Source: an uncultured Methanoregulaceae archaeon (GTDB lineage Archaea; Halobacteriota; Methanomicrobia; Methanomicrobiales; Methanospirillaceae). Taken from it: a stretch of 64,000 nt of DNA. The position numbers and the translations under genes were made by a program. Numbering within the stretch: position 1 is the stretch's first letter; each line of letters starts with the position of its first letter. The stretch spans positions 160,001-224,000 of the forward strand of contig CAWJAX010000003.1 in the NCBI GenBank assembly GCA_963841015.1. Reading direction: 5' to 3'. Shown here in pieces: positions 54,463 through 63,698 of this stretch. The notes below the pieces were generated by a model. It did no database searches. It was given only the letters and a program-made list of their open reading frames with translations, and was not told the origin of the DNA.

Positions 54463-56712
54463 ATGTATAAAGTATTATATGTCGATGATGAACCGGTCCT
54501 CCTTGAAATCGTAAAAATTTTTCTGGAAAAAACAAAGGAGTTCACCATTGACGTAACTACTTCGGTAAACGAAGTAATTAAATCTGAAAAACTGAAAACA
54601 TACGATGCAATAATTTCTGATTATCAGATGCCGGGCATGGATGGTATATCCTTCCTCAAATACGTTCATACCGAACTTGGCGATATCCCTTTTATTATTT
54701 TCACCGGGAAGGGAAAAGAAGAGGTCGTCATTGCGGCACTCAACAACGGTGCTGATTTTTATATCACAAAAGGCAGCGATCCCCGATTCCAGTTTGATGA
54801 ACTTGCTAATAACATAAAAAAGGCGGTTAAAAAAAGGCGGATACAGGAAGAATATAAAAACTCTGCACAGCGGTTATCAGATCTTGTCAACTTCCTTCCT
54901 GATGCAACTTTTGCCATCGATCTTGATGGAAAAGTAATTGCCTGGAACAAAGCAATGGAAGAAATGACCGGGGTGAAAAATTCATCGATCATGGGTGAAG
55001 GAGATCATATCTATTCCCTGCCCTTTTATGGAAAAAAACAGGATTTACTTCTCGATCTTGTACTGCATGACAAAAAAGAGATCAGAGAGAAATACCCCTC
55101 CATCATTCACCAGGACAACAAGCTCATTGATGAGAAGGAGTTTCCGATTCTCCATAACGGAAAAGGAGCCTGCCTCTGGTTAATTGCATCCCCGCTCTAT
55201 GATGCAACCGGTACCATTACCGGTGCAATACAGGTTATCAGGGATGTCACGGAAAACAAGCGGGCGGAAAAGGCCTTAAAGGAAAGCGAAGAACAATACC
55301 GATCTCTGTTTGAATCTTCACAGGAGGCTCTCCTTCTTCTCGAAAATACCCGGTTTAAAAAATGTAACAGCAAAGCTGTGGCTCTGTTCGGATGCACAAA
55401 AATGAAAGAGATCGCAGGGCGATCGCTTATTGATTTTTCCCCGGTTGTGCAACCCGATCGGGCGGGTTCTGAGCAAAAATTTCAGGAGAAAATTTCAGAA
55501 GCCATTGAAGGCTCCACGCAGGTTTTCGACTGGGAATTTACCCGCCTGGATGGAAACCCCGTTCATTCTGAAGTCACACTTAACCGGGTAATAATCGGGG
55601 GAAAGACCCTCCTCCAGGCTATTGTACGGGATGTGAGCGAACGCAAAAGGGCGGAAGATGCACTGAAGAAGAGCGAACGAATCTACCGGACCGTTGTTGA
55701 GGATCAAAACGAATTGATTTCACGTTTCCGTCCCGACGGTACGCAATTGTTTGTCAACGAGGCATTCTGCCAGTATTTTAAAAAATCACGTGAGGAGCTG
55801 ATCGGAAAGAAATTTTTCCCCCGGATCCCGGCAGAAGATCATCGTCAGGTCAGGGAACATTTTGCATCCCTCAAAAAGGAGAATCCTTCTGCCATAGACA
55901 CCCACAGGGTAATAATGCCGGACGGTTCTCTCCGTTGGCAGCGGTGGTCTGACCGGGCAATTTTTGACAAGAGAGGCTCAATTGTCGAATACCAGTCCGT
56001 GGGACAGGATATTACCGAACAAAAGCGGGCGGAAGATGCACTTGCCCTTGCATGCCAGAAAATGAACCTTCTCTCAAGCATCACCCGGCATGATATCCTG
56101 AACCAGCTTACCGTTCTTTCCGGATATCTGGCGTTGTCCGAAGAATTTGCTTCTGATGAAAAACTTCTTGGTTTTATCAAAAAAGAAGCCACTGCAACAG
56201 AGCGGATTAACCAGCAGATTACGTTCACGAAACATTACCAGGACATCGGGGTCCAGGCGCCTCAATGGCAGAATGTGCATGATACAATTACTGCTGCTGC
56301 AACATTGCTTGACCTGAGTTCAGTTACTGTTCAGATACCCTCCTCCAATATCGAGATCTATGCAGATCCCCTTTTGGGTAAGGTTTTTTACAATCTCCTT
56401 GAAAATGCAGTCAGACATGGGCATGCTACCAGTGTTGTTCAGTTCTCTTTCCAGGAAACCGGGGATACGCTGATGATTGTGTGTGAGGATAATGGTGGCG
56501 GCATTGACAAGGAAACAAAGAAACATCTGTTTAAACGAGGGTATGGAAAAAACACTGGATTCGGCTTATTCCTTATACGGGAGATCCTGTCCATCACCGG
56601 AATAACCATTGATGAGAACGGAGAACACGGGAAAGGTGCACGCTTTGAGATCACGGTGCCGAATGGTACGTACCGGTTCAAAACGAATCAGGAAATCTCT
56701 GAAAAAAAATAA
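54463..56712 (+). CDS. hybrid sensor histidine kinase REC-PAS-PAS-PAS-HK
   Basis: YVDDE..SDYQMP, three PAS/PAC, TRHDILN, NLLENA, DNGGG, TGFGL. Confidence 0.92.
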   Translation: MYKVLYVDDEPVLLEIVKIFLEKTKEFTIDVTTSVNEVIKSEKLKTYDAIISDYQMPGMDGISFLKYVHTELGDIPFIIFTGKGKEEVVIAALNNGADFYITKGSDPRFQFDELANNIKKAVKKRRIQEEYKNSAQRLSDLVNFLPDATFAIDLDGKVIAWNKAMEEMTGVKNSSIMGEGDHIYSLPFYGKKQDLLLDLVLHDKKEIREKYPSIIHQDNKLIDEKEFPILHNGKGACLWLIASPLYDATGTITGAIQVIRDVTENKRAEKALKESEEQYRSLFESSQEALLLLENTRFKKCNSKAVALFGCTKMKEIAGRSLIDFSPVVQPDRAGSEQKFQEKISEAIEGSTQVFDWEFTRLDGNPVHSEVTLNRVIIGGKTLLQAIVRDVSERKRAEDALKKSERIYRTVVEDQNELISRFRPDGTQLFVNEAFCQYFKKSREELIGKKFFPRIPAEDHRQVREHFASLKKENPSAIDTHRVIMPDGSLRWQRWSDRAIFDKRGSIVEYQSVGQDITEQKRAEDALALACQKMNLLSSITRHDILNQLTVLSGYLALSEEFASDEKLLGFIKKEATATERINQQITFTKHYQDIGVQAPQWQNVHDTITAAATLLDLSSVTVQIPSSNIEIYADPLLGKVFYNLLENAVRHGHATSVVQFSFQETGDTLMIVCEDNGGGIDKETKKHLFKRGYGKNTGFGLFLIREILSITGITIDENGEHGKGARFEITVPNGTYRFKTNQEISEKK

Positions 56713-57275
56713 CTGACAGGTGTTAATGCAATTCATCCCCTGCCATTTCCTGAACAGTTTTTTCAACCTCTGCCTCTCTTTTTGTTCTGTCGAATTCCGC
56801 TTTATCGGATAATGATATAAAAATCTCAGGGGGCAATCACGGTTGAGACCTTGCCTGTCTCCAATGACCACGACTGAGTTTAAGGGATATTGATGCATGA
56901 CCTGCACAAGCGGGTATTGTATTTTCAGGAGAGACCGGAATGGCGGTTGAGAACCAGTTACAAACATTTCATTTTTTTTATCATTTCTCCATAGCAATCC
57001 GGGGTGTTTAATTTTTTTGGTATCAAGGCCATGGAACCACCAAAACTGCATTACGAAACACGCCATTTCCCCGGGTCTCTGCACGTTTTTTGGGTTTTTT
57101 TACTATTCATAAAAAATCAGATCTTCGGATATACCGAAAAATACGTTGAGGAGGAAACACTCTGTGCATTACCCGGATTCCCGTACCAGACAGTAACGCG
57201 GATACTCCATGGGTCTCAGGCATTTCAGGCCGGTAAATACCGGTTCCTTTATATCTCTCAAAGAGATTACTGAGT

Positions 57276-57557
57276 ATGTCACCGAGACGTGCACAAAAGC
57301 CGGAGAAACCTGATACAACTCCTCGCCTCAAAGCCGGACCCAGCAAGAACAGGGAACGACATCTTGAAGATGCCCGACATCATCCTTCCGATCATCCCCT
57401 TCCCCACCCCCCGCATAAAACCATAAAAAAACCTGTTCTTTCTCCAAAGCATACACCCCACTCCCATCCTCATGGTGATGAATTACCCTCTCATACAAAT
57501 CCACCGGGACCCATTAAGCCGTCAAAAAAGATAACCAAATCCGGTTCCCGGAAATAA
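57276..57557 (+). CDS. Pro/His/Lys-rich low-complexity hypothetical protein
   Basis: 93-aa ATG ORF preceded by TTTATAT; strongly biased composition. Confidence 0.5.
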   Translation: MSPRRAQKPEKPDTTPRLKAGPSKNRERHLEDARHHPSDHPLPHPPHKTIKKPVLSPKHTPHSHPHGDELPSHTNPPGPIKPSKKITKSGSRK

Positions 57558-57727
57558 TTTTTTCACAATAACTGTTCCGGCCCGTATAACTCCAGGACTA
57601 ATGGCAGGAGTATTTTCAGAATCGTTTTTCCGGGTCTTTCAAGACGAGAGCCGAATAAAATTGCAAATGCTGCAAGGGATTATGCAGTTTGTACACGAGG
57701 GTTTGAACCCTGCTTTTTGTTTTTTAG

Positions 57728-58876
57728 TTATCTGAACAATGACAGAAGTCCTGATCGGAAAAGTGGGGCTGCGCACCTGAGTATAGCAGGTTTGCGGAGA
57801 AGTTTCTTGACCAGAACACCGGGCCGGTCCATATCTCCATAGGCAACAATTGTTCGGAGGATCTCGGGATCCTTCAGTGCCCTGAGTAACGCATCCATTT
57901 CCTGGGCAGATATTGTCTGACGCATCTGAAAAATCCGGAACCCGAGATCCAGTTCCCGTCCCATATCTGCCTTCCATCGTTGTTCATATTCTGCAAGAGC
58001 CGAATCAGTAAATGTGTCAGTTTCACAACAGGCAGCCGCGATTGAGGCTGCGTGCCGGGCGGAACGTATGCCGGTGTATACTCCGCCTCCCGAAGTGGGT
58101 TTTGCAAACCCGGCAGCATCTCCAACAAACAGGGTGCGGGGACCATACGTTTTGGGCATAAGGCCCAGCGGAAGGGTTCCGGTCACATAATGTGTTGAGC
58201 TCTTGCCATATTTTTTTACGAACGCTGCGAATCGTTCCCGAACCTGCGACTGCCCGCAGAGTCCGATACGCACACGGTTCTTTCCTGTAGGGATCATCCA
58301 TCCAAAAAAGTCCGGTGATGCATCAGGATAAATTTCCACAAAGCGGGGATCGCATTCATGAGACAGATCCACCTGGACACCCGCAAGGTACGTCTTTGCA
58401 CGAGGCATGCTGTGGAAACGGGCAATCGTACTCCGGGGACCATCCGCAGCAATAAGGAGCCTGAACGGAATTTCTGCATGCCCGTTCACTCCCCGGGTAA
58501 GAAGTGTTGTTCCCCGAATACCACACGCCGCAGTTTTTAAAAGGAACTCTGCTCCCGAGTTTGCCGCATTCTCTGCCATCTCACGGTCAAGTGCCCCCCT
58601 GTCTGCAACAACAGCCTTGGGTATCTTTGCATCGATAAGGATCTCACTGCCCAGACCGGATACAACCCGTGCCCCAAAGACCCGGTTGAGTACCGGACGT
58701 TCTGATACCCTGCATTCTGCAAAGGCAGCATTCGACAGGAGTCCGGCACACTGAACCGGGTAACCGATTGTACCGTGCTCCTCGATGCAGAGTGTCGAAA
58801 GCCCGTGCCGTGCGCATTCGGATGCTGCTGCACAGCCTGCTGGACCGGCGCCGATCACAATAACATCGTACGACAT
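57728..58876 (-). CDS. geranylgeranyl reductase family flavoprotein
   Basis: GAGPAG, PVQCAG, DR..LD, ADG, FFGWMIP, VGDAAG..KPTSGGG. Confidence 0.88.
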   Translation of the reverse strand: MSYDVIVIGAGPAGCAAASECARHGLSTLCIEEHGTIGYPVQCAGLLSNAAFAECRVSERPVLNRVFGARVVSGLGSEILIDAKIPKAVVADRGALDREMAENAANSGAEFLLKTAACGIRGTTLLTRGVNGHAEIPFRLLIAADGPRSTIARFHSMPRAKTYLAGVQVDLSHECDPRFVEIYPDASPDFFGWMIPTGKNRVRIGLCGQSQVRERFAAFVKKYGKSSTHYVTGTLPLGLMPKTYGPRTLFVGDAAGFAKPTSGGGVYTGIRSARHAASIAAACCETDTFTDSALAEYEQRWKADMGRELDLGFRIFQMRQTISAQEMDALLRALKDPEILRTIVAYGDMDRPGVLVKKLLRKPAILRCAAPLFRSGLLSLFR

Positions 58877-58979
58877 GGAAACCGACACATTTTTTTTCTG
58901 TATGTTGTTTTTCGTATGTTGAACAGGGAGTTGTTTTTCTTTCCTGTTCATGATCCTATTGAGTAGTATTAACGGTCAT

Positions 58980-59510
58980 TCATGCTGCACCCTGGTATCG
59001 CTCTTCCTTCTGAAAATAACCCATCAGGATAGAGAACAGGCCAAACACAAAGGCGAAAGTGCCAATAATGATGATGATGAGATTTTTTGAATAATCAGGA
59101 AAATACCAGAGAAAAGCGGCAAGCAGGATAATAGCGGAAATGAACATACCCGGGATAAGGATATATTTGGTTTTTGGATGGGTGAGTGCAAGCGTGATAT
59201 CGGTGAACCCGTTATAACAGGCAATTCCCGCGATAATAAGCAGAAAAATGATCGCGAAGAATTGCTGCGCTAAAAATGAGAGAACTGCAAGAATGAGCAA
59301 TACTGCTGAAATACCAAACCAGAATAATGATTCATCGCTGTTTGAAGTGATGGCGAGGAAAAGAAAAACTGCGATAACCAGTCCGGTCAGGATAAGAAAT
59401 ATCACATAAAACGTTGCAAGCATCAATTCCAGATCGGGAAAAAGCAGAGCTAAAAGTCCAAAAATTACGCCGATAATGCCCCAGACAATGCATGATAAGC
59501 TTGTATTCAT
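58980..59510 (-). CDS. HdeD/DUF308-like six-TM membrane protein
   Basis: WGIIGVIFGLLALLFP start, six hydrophobic helices. Confidence 0.65.
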   Translation of the reverse strand: MNTSLSCIVWGIIGVIFGLLALLFPDLELMLATFYVIFLILTGLVIAVFLFLAITSNSDESLFWFGISAVLLILAVLSFLAQQFFAIIFLLIIAGIACYNGFTDITLALTHPKTKYILIPGMFISAIILLAAFLWYFPDYSKNLIIIIIGTFAFVFGLFSILMGYFQKEERYQGAA

Positions 59511-59781
59511 GGTAGTATGACCGTAAAGGAATCGGTTTGCACGGGTTTCCTAATACCGTGTTAGTGCCACAACTACAAAATTTATCCTATTTTTCCGCCA
59601 CTCCATTACCACAAATATTCACCTGTTACCCTCAACCGGGTCATCGATTCTAAAAAAGACCGGAATCCCTTTTTGTGCTTTTTGCTGGTAGTTAACTAGT
59701 CTTTCTTACTACTATCTTGTACTATTTTCAATATATGACAAGTATACAAACATTTAATTATTATCGTGCAACTTTAGGAGT

Positions 59782-60213
59782 ATGGATAACTTAACCCTTA
59801 AAATCAAGAAGCGTGCATTTCCGAGCCACGGACGGGTGCGAATCCACGAGTCGAGACTTACGGATCTCCAGATTGTCAACGGCGATCACATTGATCTCAT
59901 CAATGAAACTGCGAAAAAAACAGTCACGGTCACTGTTATTTCTGACACCATGGTTGGAAAAGATGAAATCCGGGTCAGTGAAGAGGACCTGAAGTCTCTC
60001 GGACTCAAGGAAGGCGAAGAGGTATCGATTAAAAAATCCCTCGGGATCAAGGAAAAGGCATCCAAAGCTGCCGCTGATGTATCGGCCGGGGCCAAGAAAG
60101 CCGGAAGTGATGTAGCAACCGGAGCGAAGAAAGCCGGGGCTGCCGTGGGAAAAGCCGCTGGCAGTGCAGCTGACAGCGTGAAGAAAAAGGTGAAAGGAAA
60201 AGATGACCTTTAA
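59782..60213 (+). CDS. stand-alone CDC48/NSF-N-like double-psi barrel fused to Ala/Lys 11-mer repeats
   Basis: GRVRIH...L.I..GD.I.L and EIRVS...LKSLGLKEGEEVSI half-repeats; AGGAG RBS; no AAA domain. Confidence 0.7.
   Translation: MDNLTLKIKKRAFPSHGRVRIHESRLTDLQIVNGDHIDLINETAKKTVTVTVISDTMVGKDEIRVSEEDLKSLGLKEGEEVSIKKSLGIKEKASKAAADVSAGAKKAGSDVATGAKKAGAAVGKAAGSAADSVKKKVKGKDDL
60067..60198 (+). repeat. 33-bp (11-aa) imperfect coding tandem repeat
   Basis: AAADVSAGAKK / AGSDVATGAKK / AGAAVGKAAGS / AADSVKKKVKG. Confidence 0.7.
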
Positions 60214-60261
60214 CCTCCCGGGGAATCCCGGTAAGGTGGTTCAACGTACTAAATCGGAGAG

Positions 60262-60681
60262 GTGATTCATATTATTCCAACATCACAAACAACTACAATT
60301 GTTGCGACATCGCCGCCATTAATTAATGACACGTCGTTTCTGGTAATTCTTGCAATTTTTATCCTTATCTTTATCTGGCTCATTGTCCGTGAATTTCGCC
60401 TTAAGGATGCCGCGAAACATAGCACCCAGCTGGAACAGGACAAGCTTAAAATCATCCAGATGGATGCAGCAACCAAGGCTTATCCGTTTACCCGGCTATC
60501 GCCAGAACAGACAGCAGAGATCAGAAACGTGGAAGACGAGAATATAACTCTCGAGACAAATATTTTTGCCCGGGAAAAACTCGTCGAGAAGCGACTTGAC
60601 AGGCTCGAGAATTATGTCAAGGTCAGAAAACTGGACAATATGATAGGTAAGATTCAGACAGAAGAGAAGAAGGTGAAATAA
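60262..60681 (+). CDS. single N-terminal TM plus coiled-coil protein
   Basis: FLVILAIFILIFIWLIV followed by heptads; GGAGAG before GTG. Confidence 0.8.
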   Translation: MIHIIPTSQTTTIVATSPPLINDTSFLVILAIFILIFIWLIVREFRLKDAAKHSTQLEQDKLKIIQMDAATKAYPFTRLSPEQTAEIRNVEDENITLETNIFAREKLVEKRLDRLENYVKVRKLDNMIGKIQTEEKKVK

Positions 60682-60683
60682 GA

Positions 60684-60989
60684 ATGAATACGGTTGTTAA
60701 CCAGACCGAAACAGCCCCGGGATACTGGAGCAAGGTCTCCAATTTTTCTGCGTCAGTCGGGTCAAAAGTTCCCACGTTTGATAAATCCATGGATGCATAT
60801 TTCGACCAGAACTTTGCGTCCATTATTGAGGAATGGGATCTCTTAACCGATAGTGATCTCCACAAGCTCGAATACCGGCTTTCCGAGATAACCAATGAAA
60901 TCAGCACCCTTTTTGCAGAAAAAATGGTGATAGAAAAACGAGTCGGAAACCTGGACATTCTGGTTTCTTCCATGGAGGGGTCAAAATGA
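60684..60989 (+). CDS. coiled-coil protein, EW[DE]L-motif paralog 1
   Basis: MDAYFDQNFASIIEEWDLLTDSDL followed by heptads. Confidence 0.8.
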   Translation: MNTVVNQTETAPGYWSKVSNFSASVGSKVPTFDKSMDAYFDQNFASIIEEWDLLTDSDLHKLEYRLSEITNEISTLFAEKMVIEKRVGNLDILVSSMEGSK

Positions 60990-61207
60990 GCGTCATGAAA
61001 AATTACATGAATGCCTATGTTGACCGGCGGATGAAATCTGTTGTTGAGGAATGGGACCTTTCCCGGAAGGATGATATTACAGATTTCACGGCACGGCTCG
61101 ATGCTATCGAACAGGAAATCCCGCGGCTGAAAGCGTCCAAAAAAGCGAGTGTGGAAAAACTGACAGAACTTGAAATCCGTGCACGAAAACTGAAGGAGAG
61201 GATCTGA
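60986..61207 (+). CDS. coiled-coil protein, EW[DE]L-motif paralog 2
   Basis: MNAYVDRRMKSVVEEWDLSRKDDI followed by heptads; ATGA overlap with the upstream gene. Confidence 0.8.
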   Translation: MSVMKNYMNAYVDRRMKSVVEEWDLSRKDDITDFTARLDAIEQEIPRLKASKKASVEKLTELEIRARKLKERI

Positions 61208-61208
61208 T

Positions 61209-61565
61209 ATGGACTGGTTTGAATTCATTATTCTTGTCCTCTTCATAGCGGCCGCATTTTTCCTTATCTATTATTACTTCCGTGGGGCTAAAGGGAACCT
61301 TTCGGTGACTCGACCCGTAGAGAGCCGGGTGGACGAGTACCTTGACCGCAGGTTTGAAAGTCTGGTCGATGAATGGGAACTGGTAAACCAGCCAAAACTC
61401 CAGAGGTTCAAGGAACAGAAATCAAAAGAACTTGAACAGGATGAGGCCCGCATTAACGATTTAAAGAAATTCGAACTGGATCTGGAGAGTTCCCTGACAA
61501 ACCTGGAGACCCGGCTTGACACTATTGAAAAAGGACTGGCTCAAAAAGGAAGCGCCAAAAAATAA
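61209..61565 (+). CDS. N-terminal TM plus coiled-coil protein, EW[DE]L-motif paralog 3
   Basis: TM helix, VDEYLDRRFESLVDEWELV, then heptads. Confidence 0.8.
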   Translation: MDWFEFIILVLFIAAAFFLIYYYFRGAKGNLSVTRPVESRVDEYLDRRFESLVDEWELVNQPKLQRFKEQKSKELEQDEARINDLKKFELDLESSLTNLETRLDTIEKGLAQKGSAKK

Positions 61566-61614
61566 GACCGCCGGCAGTGATCTCTTCCTTGAATTAAAAG
61601 AAGAGATCACCGTA

Positions 61615-61836
61615 ATGCGGAAACAAGGTGAGCCACCGGTTAAAAATCCCCACAGTTTCGCACAATATATGTGTGATCTGTGTAACTCTCCCTTTACAAT
61701 TTCTGAGCTCCGGCAATGTGTCTTGTGTGGCCGATGGGCTTGTAATACCTGCTGGACTGACCAGTATTACACCTGCAAATCATGTACAGGAATTATTAAA
61801 ATCCATTCAATACGAAAAACTCCCTTTAGAGAGTAG
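61615..61836 (+). CDS. 8-Cys FYVE/RING-like zinc finger protein
   Basis: CDLC-x11-CVLCG-x3-CNTC-x7-CKSC. Confidence 0.78.
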   Translation: MRKQGEPPVKNPHSFAQYMCDLCNSPFTISELRQCVLCGRWACNTCWTDQYYTCKSCTGIIKIHSIRKTPFRE

Positions 61837-61951
61837 GGATGAGCAGATAATTAACAAGTCAGATAATCTGTTTTAATAAATTGCCGAAATCCCCTTTTTT
61901 CTCGTGAATTCCAGTATCAGCACGTACAGTAACCGGACAGGTATAATGAAA

Positions 61952-62062
61952 GGGGGACATGCCCTTCCTCCCTTTTCGGCCCTGAATAACGAGCACTGAT
62001 TTCAGGTTACCTTTTTTGGAGTTATCGTTTTTTTGGGGCGGGAGCCGAAGCTAAGGTGTAAA
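61952..62062 (-). repeat. copy of ~110-bp dispersed intergenic repeat
   Basis: Minus strand GGCTCCC...CGATAACTCC (exact 10-mer)...CAGGGC...GGCATGTCCCC is collinear with 21889-22001. Confidence 0.7.
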
Positions 62063-62110
62063 GACACGAGGGGTGCTCAGTTTTAAAAAATAGTCCAGTA
62101 TAGCCTTTTT

Positions 62111-62335
62111 TCATTCGCGCCAAAAACCAAAAAATTCTATATGGAATATTTTTTCCAGACCATAGAGAATTGCAAAGAAAAAGACCGCATACAGGACAAA
62201 ACTGACCAGGAACTTCATCCAGCCGGCCATCCCTGTCATCGATACTAACGCATTGGAGAGTGTATCTGCGATCACAATAGCACAGAGAATACCAATAAAA
62301 AAAACCGCCCATTTTTTAACGGGTGCAAAATCCAT
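62111..62335 (-). CDS. small two-TM membrane protein
   Basis: Two hydrophobic helices, ATG start. Confidence 0.7.
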   Translation of the reverse strand: MDFAPVKKWAVFFIGILCAIVIADTLSNALVSMTGMAGWMKFLVSFVLYAVFFFAILYGLEKIFHIEFFGFWRE

Positions 62336-62498
62336 GAAATAACGTTCGTGTTCAGAGTATTAAAACTTCAATTCATCCTCAAAAAGAGAGATTCCATCTC
62401 TCGCATGCACAATACCGGGAACTTCTCCTGCCTGATTATGGTGACGGGTATCGCTTGTTTGATGACAACTCAAGTCAGGTTCTTTTAAGAAACGATTA

Positions 62499-63053
62499 TT
62501 GCATCTCATAGCCGAATACAGGGTATGGCTGATGATCCTGAGGGAGTCTCGTTTGGAACCAGAGGTCCCTGCCGAAGATAAAACTGCTGTCACTGAATCG
62601 CAGACAAGGGGTCCTGCATTCTACGGTGCGCTTGCGCTGGTCGGGGTTCTTGTTCTGTTGATCGTGTTTTTTAATGTATCAGGCACCCGGGCATCTTCAG
62701 GAATGCTCCTGACACAGAATACCTGGACGCTCCAGTCCTTTGTCGATTCAGGGGGTGTTCTTGTCCCGGCCATCCCCAAAACATCAGTAACTGCCAGATT
62801 CAAGACAGATGGCACGATGAGCGGATCTGGCGGGTGCAACAGGTACAATACATCCTATACAACAAAAGATTTGGCGATATCCATCTCCCAGCCGGATATG
62901 ACCGAAATCTATTGTGAAAATTCACGTGTCATGCAACAGGAGTCAGCGTACATCGATGACCTTTCAAAAGCAGAGGAGCTCCGGGTGAATGAATCAAACC
63001 TGAACCTGTACGATAAAACCGGAAAACCCGTGCTAATGTTTGTAGCGACGTGA
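62499..63053 (+). CDS. META/HslJ domain protein with membrane anchor
   Basis: TWTLQS, TARF..DG.MSGSGGCNRY, T..YC....MQQESAY. Confidence 0.85.
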   Translation: MHLIAEYRVWLMILRESRLEPEVPAEDKTAVTESQTRGPAFYGALALVGVLVLLIVFFNVSGTRASSGMLLTQNTWTLQSFVDSGGVLVPAIPKTSVTARFKTDGTMSGSGGCNRYNTSYTTKDLAISISQPDMTEIYCENSRVMQQESAYIDDLSKAEELRVNESNLNLYDKTGKPVLMFVAT

Positions 63054-63506
63054 AAATTTCATAGTTTAATGAATTCAGTTAAAACAATCCACGGAAAAAT
63101 CCCAAAAGATAATAAGTGAGTCTCAAAAAAAAGTTGATCTTAAAGAAACAGAAAAAAAATAATAATTTTATTTTTTGCGAAGATTTGAGAACGATAGGGT
63201 TTTCCTGTTTTTATGGATATGGGCTCACTTCCCGTCTCTCCACATGACACAGTCACCTTTGCAACAGAGTATGAGATTAAGATCCGATATTGTGCCATCA
63301 TTCAAACTGATATCTGAATTTTTTTTGACGACACCAGTACATTTCCATGAATCATAAAGCAGAGCTTACCGGCATCAATAGTATGCAGGTAAAGGGTGAA
63401 AGTGCAATCCTGGTCGGCAATCCTGTTGCAGTATTGCCAACATCAGATCGATCAGGTTCCAATTCATACCCAAGCAGCGTACTTCTGAAATTATGGAAGG
63501 AATAGG

Positions 63507-63698
63507 TTAGTTCTTATGTGTTCCTGCAATGAAAATGATTGCACTGATGATACCGATAAGGAATGCTATCAGGATGGCAACGGTCGGGAATTCCTGACTG
63601 AGGGGCACTTTCATATCTGCTATTGTTCCTGCTGACACTAATGTTATGTTTAAAAGAAACAGAACGATTATTATTCCGATTGTAAATAGTCGTTTCAT
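63507..63698 (-). CDS. small membrane protein
   Basis: MKRLFTIGIIIVLFLL signal/TM plus a second TM helix. Confidence 0.55.
   Translation of the reverse strand: MKRLFTIGIIIVLFLLNITLVSAGTIADMKVPLSQEFPTVAILIAFLIGIISAIIFIAGTHKN

Noticed and set aside
60199-60213. C-terminal KDDL resembling the ER-retention signal KDEL
   Set aside because: Four-residue coincidence in a cytosolic archaeal protein
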